The notes below the pieces were generated by a model that did not search any database, was not told the origin of the DNA, and saw nothing but the letters and a program-made list of their open reading frames with translations. A DNA stretch of 45,281 nt from Methanotrichaceae archaeon. Lineage in GTDB: Archaea > Halobacteriota > Methanosarcinia > Methanotrichales > Methanotrichaceae. This document shows positions 19,673 through 27,796 of the stretch, piece after piece. The stretch lies in assembly GCA_963803145.1 (NCBI GenBank), contig CAWDLW010000029.1, positions 1 through 45,281 on the forward strand, read 5' to 3'. The translations under genes and the position numbers were made by a program. Position 1 is the first letter of the stretch. Every line of letters starts with the position of its first letter.

Positions 19673-20758
19673 TATAGTCAATTTTGCATCTAACTTCCTA
19701 ATAGAAAACCTTAATATTCAAGGCGTTAAATTATAGCTGATGGGAAGAAAACCTAAAGTCATAAAACATATCTCAAAAGAAGAGCTAGAAGACCTATATA
19801 GAAAAGAAAAAGATCCAAGAATTAAAGAGAGGCTGTTAGCGATAATTCATCTTTATGAAAAGAAAAACATTTACGAAGTTCAGGACATTTTGAAAAAGAG
19901 CGATCGAACTATCAAGGATTGGTTAAGTAGATGGAATAATAAAGGCTATGAAGGACTAATACCAGGAAGCGGAGGTGGCGTTGAACCGAGGATACCTTCT
20001 CAGGAATGGGATAATATTATTAAAGAGATTGAAGGTAAAGGGATGACTATCAGAGATGTTATGGTTTATGTCAAGACTACGAGAGGTGTAGACTATTCTT
20101 ATAACACGACGTGGAAAATTTTAAGAGTGGATAAAGGAGTTAAGTATGGGAAACCCTATATTAAAAATGAGAAAAGACCAGAATATGCGGAAAAAATTTT
20201 AAAAAAGAATAGATTGCGTGTTATCAACAGTCACTGATCCCATTGTGGGTTTTCTAGATGAGAGTTCATTGCAACAAAATCCCAATAAAAGACGAGTGAT
20301 AAACACTCCTGTGATAAAATATGATCAAGGCAGAAAGAGATCTAAGACTATATTCGGTTTTATGGCTATAAATGGCAACGATGCAGTCATGCTATCTGAT
20401 TCGTCTAAGGCAGAAGATATGATTAGTTTTATCCAAGTAATAAGAACAGCTAACATTATGAAGCCAATATGTCTCCTGCTCGATAATGCAAAGATACATC
20501 TGGCAAAAACAGTTAGGATATTAGCTCAAGAATTGGATATCCACTTTATCTACTTGCCCCCATATTCGCCAGATTTGAATCCTATTGAGTTTGGATGGAA
20601 AGATTTGAAAAGAGATTTGAGTAAATTCCTTAATTTTGATGAGGCTATCGAAATGAGTGAAGAGTGTGCCCTAAAAATTATATATTTCAGGAAAGATGGA
20701 TACTCTAGGCATGTGATAAATAAGGTTTTTAGTGAAGAAAGTTAGGAGATTGACTATA
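19673..20758 (+). mobile_element. IS630-family insertion sequence, apparently complete
   Basis: Inverted ends TATAGTCAAT (19673-19682) / ATTGACTATA (20749-20758) including flanking TA; inner CTAACTT/AAGTTAG; lower GC than flanks. Confidence 0.9.
19740..20745 (+). CDS. IS630 transposase in two overlapping ORFs (19740-20237 HTH; 20218-20745 DDE), probably joined by -1 frameshift
   Basis: FLDES, LLDNAKIH, LPPYSPDLNPIE; slippery AAAAAAG at 20201-20207. Confidence 0.9.
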
Positions 20759-20900
20759 ATCACTCCCGGAAGTTAGGTTAAACTCTTGGTTAACTTTGCC
20801 CTAATACTTAGATCGCAAAACTTACAGATGTGAAATTAGAACTTATGGATAAGAAAAGTCAAGGCCGAGGGTATGCTAGGCATCAGGCCAATCCTTAGAC

Positions 20901-21030
20901 ATGCATCCTGTATTCGATCAGCTGTTGCAATCATTTGCTAGTGCGCATATGAAAGCAGCTCGCAGTCCTTATGCGTAGAATGGACCGCATCGGGCTGGCT
21001 GACGGCAGCCCAACCTCCTAGAGCCAGCTC
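20901..21030 (-). ncRNA. Predicted TnpB omega-RNA 3' part and guide (5' boundary unknown)
   Basis: Minus strand GTCAGC (21003-20998) complementary to GCTGAT (20922-20917); interrupted terminal hairpin at 20923-20960; guide would start at 20916. Confidence 0.55.
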
Positions 21031-22086
21031 TCGGAGGTTAATGGATGCAACGAAATCGGCATTGTCCTGATATCCGCAACTGACGCATCTGAATAGCGCC
21101 TGGCTTTTGCGGTTATATTTATCTATTGTACCGCACCTTGGACAGCGCTGGGACGTATAATCCGGCCTAACAAGAACCACTGGAATGCCCATCTCTTCAC
21201 ATTTATAGGAGATCATGCGCTGTAGATTGGCAATTGTTGAAGACCCACAATCTTGTCTATTACGACCACTACGACCGGATCTATTTCCTTTCGGTTTCAT
21301 TTTAGTGCCGTACAGCCTTTCCAAGACCGGATAATCCCCTTCATTGAGGGACTCGATCAGCGCCCTGCTGGACTGATGCAGGAATGTCCTCTGCCATCTT
21401 TTCTCCCTGCCGGATAGCTGTTTGAGCCTCTTCTTAGCAGAAGAGGTGCCTTTAGACCGAAGGGAGACCTTCAGGATCTGGAAGTGGTTTCTCCTGGCCC
21501 TAATCTGGCCGCCATTGATCATGAAGCCATTTGATGCCATCATAAGCTTCCTTGTTCCAAGATCGACCCCAACAGGTTCTTCCGTACCCCTCTGATTCAC
21601 ATAACAAATAACATAGATATGAATATAGAGCCTTCTCCTTCGCAAAACAAGTCTAGCCCCAGACACGGGATTACTTAGAACGTTCTTTTGGCGCTCACCC
21701 AAGGCCAGCTTGACTTTGGCTCTGCCTTTTGTTGTCGTCAAGGAAGCTATAAAGTGCTCATTCCTTTTGAGGCTGAAGATTCTCCTGTCAAGTGGCAGAG
21801 ATCTTTCCCTGAATATATGGTGTTTATGAGGCTGCTCTTTGTAAGATGATATAACCCTATTTATGGCCCGAACTGCCAGGCTTGCTGGGAGTTTAAATGT
21901 TGCCCTTATATTCTTATAAGCTAATTTATGGAGCGTCCTATAATCGAGAATCCTTTTCTGGAAGCATATAAGGCTCAGGTAGTTGCAGGCATCCTCAAAG
22001 GCGATGATGGTGCTTCGAAGCTTCTCGATATCCTCGGAAGCGGGATCGATGCCGCAGACTACTTTTTTTGAAATTTCCAGTGTCAT
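20938..22086 (-). CDS. tnpB: TnpB (IS200/IS605, IS1341-type) RNA-guided nuclease
   Basis: RuvC D (GVDLG), E (VLERL), D (NADFVAS); TSQRCPRC...CVSC zinc finger; frame open to 22122. Confidence 0.92.
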   Translation of the reverse strand: MTLEISKKVVCGIDPASEDIEKLRSTIIAFEDACNYLSLICFQKRILDYRTLHKLAYKNIRATFKLPASLAVRAINRVISSYKEQPHKHHIFRERSLPLDRRIFSLKRNEHFIASLTTTKGRAKVKLALGERQKNVLSNPVSGARLVLRRRRLYIHIYVICYVNQRGTEEPVGVDLGTRKLMMASNGFMINGGQIRARRNHFQILKVSLRSKGTSSAKKRLKQLSGREKRWQRTFLHQSSRALIESLNEGDYPVLERLYGTKMKPKGNRSGRSGRNRQDCGSSTIANLQRMISYKCEEMGIPVVLVRPDYTSQRCPRCGTIDKYNRKSQALFRCVSCGYQDNADFVASINLRELALGGWAAVSQPDAVHSTHKDCELLSYAH

Positions 22087-22118
22087 TCTCGTTTTATCTC
22101 TCCGCCAGTTCCAAGATT

Positions 22119-22494
22119 TCACAGGGATTCAGCTGTGCTATTGAAGTGTCTTCTTTTTGCCGTATAAGGATGCTTTTTTGCCCATTCGATTGCATTTTTT
22201 ACTGCCTGGATGCTGTATAATATCGCTTCCAGCTCATCCTCTCTCTGTTCCATGCTCTTTTCAGGTATCTCCAGGCGCCATGACTCCAGAACCGCAGACT
22301 CAAGACTCGACTTCAGATCCTCAGGCATATCTATATTTCTTAGGATATCTAATATTAGGCCGAGCTTGAAGTTCCTGAACTCTCCTTCTCTTTTGATTAG
22401 GCCGCCTCTCCTGAATAGTGCATCATAGTAATTTACCTGGCCAAACAGATCTATCGCTTGTTTTGAATTCTTCAGCGCACAAAGCTTCTGACAT
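22119..22494 (-). pseudogene. Frameshifted ~125-aa hypothetical protein directly upstream of tnpB
   Basis: AGGAG RBS and ATG 22494 MSEALCAEEFK; removing one A from the A4 run (22461-22464) joins it to QAIDLFGQVNYYDALFRRGGLIK...DMPEDLK of ORF 22119-22328. Confidence 0.65.
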
Positions 22495-22525
22495 GTTTAT
22501 ATCTCCTATAGCTTTAAAACACGAA

Positions 22526-23182
22526 TTATGCAACCTTGAAGAATTTCCATGCATCCTCGATATGCATAGCCTTCATGCCCAGTTTTCTCGAGGGATAAAT
22601 ATCATTTTCAAACGAATCGCCTACGAACAGTATTTCATTCGGCCTCATGTTCAGTTGAGTTGCTCCTTCGAGGAATATCTCCGGACAGGGTTTCTTCCGC
22701 CCAAAGTCTGATGAAAAGATTATGAATTTAAAGTACTTATGCAGGCCTAGGTGTCTGATCTCTAGTTCAGAAAAGACACGCTGGCCATTGGATACTATGC
22801 CCATTGGATAGCTCTTAAGCATCTCCAGCATCCTTATGCTCTGAGGATAGGCCTGAAGCCTTCTCAAAGAAGCCGATCTGAACAGGCGTGCGGCCTCCAT
22901 GCCAACCGTCAATTCATTGATATCCCAGGAAGCATGCCGACGACCGATCTTTGCGAAGATCTCCTCGACCTTCAGCTCGGAATGCATTACTCCCCGCCTC
23001 TCAATCTCCTCCTTACAGAGCCATCGGTATTCATTCATAAGCTCCTGGGGCCCGATGTTAACGCCATGATACATTAGCCATCTGCTCACAGGCTCATAGG
23101 TGCTTATACTCCGCTCGTCCGTCTTTATGTTAACAAGCGTCTTATAACAATCGAACATTATGCCCTTTACTTCATCGAGCAT
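22526..23182 (-). CDS. HAD-superfamily hydrolase (paralog 2)
   Basis: FDCYKTLVN, VSNGQ, KKP, GDSFENDI; colinear with 527-1198. Confidence 0.92.
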   Translation of the reverse strand: MLDEVKGIMFDCYKTLVNIKTDERSISTYEPVSRWLMYHGVNIGPQELMNEYRWLCKEEIERRGVMHSELKVEEIFAKIGRRHASWDINELTVGMEAARLFRSASLRRLQAYPQSIRMLEMLKSYPMGIVSNGQRVFSELEIRHLGLHKYFKFIIFSSDFGRKKPCPEIFLEGATQLNMRPNEILFVGDSFENDIYPSRKLGMKAMHIEDAWKFFKVA

Positions 23183-23373
23183 GCACTCCCTCCAGAATTT
23201 ATGAAAATAATATTTGTAAACATGGGATTATGGCCTTCGCCGTTTTCATTATAATGCCCGTTGAAAATTCTCTTTATATTAGAAAGCCTTATAATCTCCG
23301 GGTATATTTTAAAGCTGTTTTCCCTGGCGCATGTAAATTCAATTGCCACAATACCATGGCATGTTCTTGGATA

Positions 23374-23401
23374 TTATATAGTTTATCTCATTTAAATATA
23401 T
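23374..23401 (-). promoter_or_regulatory. 28-bp promoter motif shared by the HAD2, APH3 and PHP genes, copy 1
   Basis: TTATATAGTTTATCTCATTTAAATATAT, 25/28 identity to 24443-24470. Confidence 0.7.
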
Positions 23402-23451
23402 TCGAGAAATTACAATAGTATGTCTATATAGATGTATTTGCAATTAGTATT

Positions 23452-24414
23452 TTACAGCTTTCCGTTCAAATAAATAGCCTTAAGGCAATCTGTTGCTTTT
23501 CTGAAGATGTAAGCATTATGATCCTGATCTATGCCGAGCCTGGCCATTCTGAAAAGACCGAGAGCCATAAAGAACGGTAAAGTCTTTGTTATCCTATGAA
23601 ATTCATCCTCGTTTTTGCTATAGCGCCAAAGGAAATGGCCTATATATGGCTCTGCCTTCTCTTCGTTATTCTTATGAATAGCAAAATAATGCTTTAGCTC
23701 TGCTGCAATTATTCCAAGATCATGAATGAAACTGGCATGCTCCCACGAGCTTTCAAAATCAATTGCATAAATCTTGTCATGGTTGAAGATATAATTTAAT
23801 GGATTTGCATCGCTGTGAATTCGGCACCCATATGGCAGGTCCACAAGAGTGCTGTACCACCAATCACCTAAAATTCGGTTGTATTTTTTTCTTGCGGAAC
23901 AATCTAAGCGCAATTGGTCTAACACCTTATGGAAATGAGCAAACTCATCTTGCTTTCTGTAAATCGATTTTGTGCTGTCATGCAGCCTTCTCAGGATCTG
24001 GGCTGTAGCCGTGAGCTTATCATAAAGCTCCTTTTCAGTCTCCATATGTCTGTAAAGAGTCTTGCCGCGCACGGCTTCCGTCACCAGAACACAGTTGAAG
24101 TCTTTTCTCATGGCTATAGGCCTTGGGACATCTATAATCTGAGCAGCTCTTTTAAGGATCGAGAATTCCCTCTCCATCGACTTGACCGGATCGTAATCTC
24201 TTCTCCAGCCTGTAGGCTCTGCATAGAATTTTGCCACGACTCCATAGTTCTCTCCAATAAACTCGTATCTACAGACTGTATGAGACGCTGGCTCTACCTT
24301 GTAGACCATGACATCGCATCTTTTGTTGCTTATCTTGTCATTTAGTATATAAACAAGCCAATCCCTAAAGAGATCTCCATGCATTAGTGTGCTTACGTGC
24401 TTTTCCGAGAGCAT
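23452..24414 (-). CDS. APH-like kinase (paralog 3)
   Basis: HSDANPLN and DFE motifs; colinear with paralogs 1 and 2. Confidence 0.88.
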   Translation of the reverse strand: MLSEKHVSTLMHGDLFRDWLVYILNDKISNKRCDVMVYKVEPASHTVCRYEFIGENYGVVAKFYAEPTGWRRDYDPVKSMEREFSILKRAAQIIDVPRPIAMRKDFNCVLVTEAVRGKTLYRHMETEKELYDKLTATAQILRRLHDSTKSIYRKQDEFAHFHKVLDQLRLDCSARKKYNRILGDWWYSTLVDLPYGCRIHSDANPLNYIFNHDKIYAIDFESSWEHASFIHDLGIIAAELKHYFAIHKNNEEKAEPYIGHFLWRYSKNEDEFHRITKTLPFFMALGLFRMARLGIDQDHNAYIFRKATDCLKAIYLNGKL

Positions 24415-24442
24415 ATTCCTGGTAGAGACAGAGATCAGCGAG

Positions 24443-24470
24443 TTATATAGCTTATCTCATTAAACTATAT
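24443..24470 (-). promoter_or_regulatory. 28-bp promoter motif, copy 2
   Basis: TTATATAGCTTATCTCATTAAACTATAT, ~29 nt upstream of the APH3 start. Confidence 0.72.
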
Positions 24471-24508
24471 GCAAGTAAATCCTAAATATAATGTATATTC
24501 AAAAGGTT

Positions 24509-25498
24509 TTATCGAAATGCCCGTGCCATTTCTTTTTCTATCTCTGGCAGCAATAGCCTCTCTGATCTTAGATAAAGCAAAGCAGGAATGCCTGAATTGG
24601 ATATTTTATAGGCCATGCCTATGGCAGATCTTTGAAGCCTTGGGAAATCCATCAAAGTGTTGCTGGATAATATACGGATGATTTTATCTACGTAGCCTAC
24701 CCCTGTGGATATATATGATGCCTCTTGGACCATTTCATGGCGGAAGATCATCCCTATCCAGGCATTTATCTCCTCAACTAGATCCTCTTTGGTCAGATCC
24801 TTTATAACGATATAGGAATTTCCTTTCTTTATATTTCTGAAGTATTCTTTGAAGGTATCCCCACGTGAGAGCGTATATACCTTGCCGATCGATCCAGAAT
24901 GAGTATCTGTGGAGGCCACAAGCCCTCGGTTGTATTTTCGGGCAATATTCATGACAAGCTCATTCTTTCGATGTATACGGTACATATTATACTCCAGGAC
25001 TGGGAATAGCTTGGCTAGCTTTGGTATGGCAGCCAGGTTCGGCAGCTCATCCGGCTCGAACCATAGGGGATGGTTATATACGAATGGCAACTCATTTCTC
25101 TTAAGATATGCTAAAAAGGCCTTGAGGTCTCCATCCCGGGCAATCTCCTCAAGCTCATTGAAATGATCTTTATTCAGGTCGTAAACATTTACATGTATAG
25201 TATGGCCTACCATCGCCATATCTTTTATCTTAATCTCAACCCCAGTAACCAGGTTCTCTCTATTCCAGCCGATGAGGTCATAAGCATCCATCGTATCGTG
25301 ATCTGTAAATGTGATAAACTCAAGTCCCATTCTTCGGGACTTATTGTATATCTCAAGCGGATGAAGCGGCCAGGCAGGCAATACATCCCGGGAGAAAAAT
25401 GTATGAACATGCAGGTCTGCAGCATGCCAATCCTGCTGCCTGAGATCCTCAGCTTCTTCATGAGTGAGTATACCGGTCTCTTTCTTACTTCCAGGCAT
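24509..25498 (-). CDS. PHP-domain metal-dependent phosphoesterase
   Basis: ADLHVHT, ITFTDHD, GVEI, NHP, ASTDTHS. Confidence 0.9.
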   Translation of the reverse strand: MPGSKKETGILTHEEAEDLRQQDWHAADLHVHTFFSRDVLPAWPLHPLEIYNKSRRMGLEFITFTDHDTMDAYDLIGWNRENLVTGVEIKIKDMAMVGHTIHVNVYDLNKDHFNELEEIARDGDLKAFLAYLKRNELPFVYNHPLWFEPDELPNLAAIPKLAKLFPVLEYNMYRIHRKNELVMNIARKYNRGLVASTDTHSGSIGKVYTLSRGDTFKEYFRNIKKGNSYIVIKDLTKEDLVEEINAWIGMIFRHEMVQEASYISTGVGYVDKIIRILSSNTLMDFPRLQRSAIGMAYKISNSGIPALLYLRSERLLLPEIEKEMARAFR

Positions 25499-25521
25499 GA
25501 AATTGGCTTTGCTACCTCTGG

Positions 25522-25549
25522 TTTTATACTTTATCTCCTTAAACTATAT
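25522..25549 (-). promoter_or_regulatory. 28-bp promoter motif, copy 3
   Basis: TTTTATACTTTATCTCCTTAAACTATAT, 24/28 identity to copy 2; ~24 nt upstream of the PHP start. Confidence 0.7.
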
Positions 25550-25741
25550 ATTAATAAATCTTTATTGAGATCTATAGAGTGAGTCCAAAACTAATAATCG
25601 AGGTGGATGGCATAATCAAAGATGGCCTCAACAAAATGACACGTTTACTTATGGAGAACTGGAATAATCAATTCTCTCGCTATTAAATCCACTATAAATA
25701 ATCGGATAGATTCCGGTCCTCCAAGGAGGGCCAATTGGAAT

Positions 25742-26011
25742 CTATGTAGAAGCCAGGATAGCTTTTGAACTCTGGAGGCCGCTATCCCAGCCTATCAATA
25801 TAGTGCGAACTGCAGCAATGCCATGCATCGCTTGCACATCATCTATTATCTGATTTAGCCCACTCAAGCCATCTGCCTGCAGTATCATAAAGAAATCGTA
25901 TTCACCGAATATATGATAGATATCCAACACGCCAGCATTATTTTTCAGGCTGTAATATATCGATCTCTCGCACCCAGGCGTGACTCCGACCATAGCAACT
26001 GCTATTACCAT
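25742..26011 (-). CDS. Stand-alone Lrp/AsnC ligand-binding (RAM) domain protein
   Basis: MVIAVAMVGVTPGCE..YHIFGEYDFF..VRTIL; GGTGGAG RBS before ATG 26011. Confidence 0.85.
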   Translation of the reverse strand: MVIAVAMVGVTPGCERSIYYSLKNNAGVLDIYHIFGEYDFFMILQADGLSGLNQIIDDVQAMHGIAAVRTILIGWDSGLQSSKAILAST

Positions 26012-26037
26012 ACTCAATTCTCCACCGAATGCATTGT

Positions 26038-26238
26038 CTAGCAAGTTTTGGCTCCAACGAACATGTTCCCATTGATCACGTTGCACCTGCCGCGTAGAGG
26101 ACACTTATCGCAGTTCAAAGCCATCGATTTTATCTCCCTTTTATCGAGACCTAATCTCTCCAGCTCTGTGGAGCATCGGCAGTATTCGATATAATCCTCT
26201 TCGGAGGCTGTATACAGCTCCCATAGAATTCTGGACAT
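26038..26238 (-). CDS. Small Cys-rich hypothetical protein (66 aa)
   Basis: CRC, CDKCPLRGRC; lies between a conserved promoter and the Lrp gene. Confidence 0.6.
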   Translation of the reverse strand: MSRILWELYTASEEDYIEYCRCSTELERLGLDKREIKSMALNCDKCPLRGRCNVINGNMFVGAKTC

Positions 26239-26380
26239 GGGTCCAACTTCCTTAGAGCCCAAGAGAATCTTTCATTAGTCGGAAGATCTCTGTGTTATCC
26301 ATCGCTCCATGAGTGATTAGCATGCTTGCTGAGTATTTTCGATTCGTTTTAATCACCTTCAAACCATCTTAATTTAGCGT

Positions 26381-26455
26381 TATAAAGTTTTAATCGAAAT
26401 AGAATATAGATCAATCAAGACATTCCTGATTGGCACTTTCTGTATATAGAGTATT
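26381..26455 (-). promoter_or_regulatory. Bipartite promoter module, copy 2
   Basis: Matches 10536-10610 at constant offset 15845. Confidence 0.8.
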
Positions 26456-26716
26456 TACGTTGTTACAGAAATTATTAAATTCAATTTGAGCAAAGCTAAT
26501 AACAATATAAATAATAATATTGATCATATGGGTATGTAGTGGCAACATCCATCATAAAACAAGAAAACTATCTAGAAACGCTCAACGCATTTGAGGAGGC
26601 AGTAAGCACAGATCCGAATGCGGGGATTCCTTATGGGATACGCCCTCTCTCTGTAGATGGAATATAAGGTAGAGATCTCCTAGCATTGGATTCTTTTGTG
26701 CCGGATATCAAAGGGG

Positions 26717-27796
26717 TCATCCTATATGTTCATAAAGCGTCGTCCTTTGAACTGCCTTTCTACCTTGGCCTTCGATAAGGTTACGTAGATCATCCGTCGA
26801 AATATACTGCCCTTCAGTTGCACCTGCGCTTCTGGAAATATTTTCTTCCATCAGAGTTCCTCCGAGATCGTTTACACCCCAGTTCAGGGTTGCTGCCGCA
26901 ATTTCCCTGCCGAGCTTTACCCAGCTCGCTTGGATGTTTGTGATCAGTGGATACAGTGCTACTCTTGCCAGCGCATGCATCTTGAGATGTTCCAGAAGAT
27001 CAGGCCTTTGCAAAGTTAGTGGGCCGAGCGAATTGTTTCCAGGCATAAAGGGCAGAAGAACGAATTCTGTGAATCCATGAGTCATTTTTTGGATCTGGGC
27101 CAGAACCTCAAGATGCTTTATCCTGTCATCCATGCCTTCAATATGTCCATAGAGCATAGTTGATGTGGTGGGAATGCCAAGCGTATGTGCAGCCTTGATG
27201 ACGCTGCACCACTCATCTGTGCTGAGCTTCTCAGGACATATTTTCTGTCTAACCGAATCCACAAGGATCTCTGCAGCTGTCCCAGGCATGGAGCCGAGGC
27301 CGCTTGTCCTCAGTTCTAGTAGCGAATCCTTCACTGAAATGCAGGAATTCCTGGACATGTGAAGCACCTCCATCGGAGAATAGGCATGAAGATGCATTTT
27401 GGGGAAGCCGTTATGTATTGCTTCAAGAATTTCGCAATAATCCTCGATCATCATTCCTGGTGCAAGTCCACCCTGGAGGCAGACCTCAGTGGCGCCCAAT
27501 TGCTCGGCGGAAGCTACACGTTCCAGGATTTCCTCGTGTGAAAGAAGATATCCAGCAGATCGTCGGAATGCACAGAACTTACAGGACCCCACGCAGCGAT
27601 TGGTAAAGTTGATATTCCTGTTTATAACGAAGGAGACCTCGTCACCACAGCTCCTTTCCCTCAAGAAGTTAGCTAGCCTGAAAAGCTGGAGAGGCTTATG
27701 CCATAGCCTCATAAGCTCATCGGTACCTGCCAAGCAGAAACTATCATCATTGGATAAATTGATTGTATTTAATATTGAAGAGACTGAAGCTATCAG
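26717..27796 (-). CDS. cofH: FO synthase subunit 2 (radical SAM)
   Basis: NRNINFTNRCVGSCKFCAF, SMPGTAAEIL, NIQASWVKLG, NDLGGTLMEENISRSAG; start CTG 27796 or TTG 27733. Confidence 0.92.
   Translation of the reverse strand: MIASVSSILNTINLSNDDSFCLAGTDELMRLWHKPLQLFRLANFLRERSCGDEVSFVINRNINFTNRCVGSCKFCAFRRSAGYLLSHEEILERVASAEQLGATEVCLQGGLAPGMMIEDYCEILEAIHNGFPKMHLHAYSPMEVLHMSRNSCISVKDSLLELRTSGLGSMPGTAAEILVDSVRQKICPEKLSTDEWCSVIKAAHTLGIPTTSTMLYGHIEGMDDRIKHLEVLAQIQKMTHGFTEFVLLPFMPGNNSLGPLTLQRPDLLEHLKMHALARVALYPLITNIQASWVKLGREIAAATLNWGVNDLGGTLMEENISRSAGATEGQYISTDDLRNLIEGQGRKAVQRTTLYEHIG

Noticed and set aside
26539-26668. Short frame ENYLETLNAFEEAVSTDPNAG resembling one TPR
   Set aside because: Too short and degenerate to call; at most a relic.
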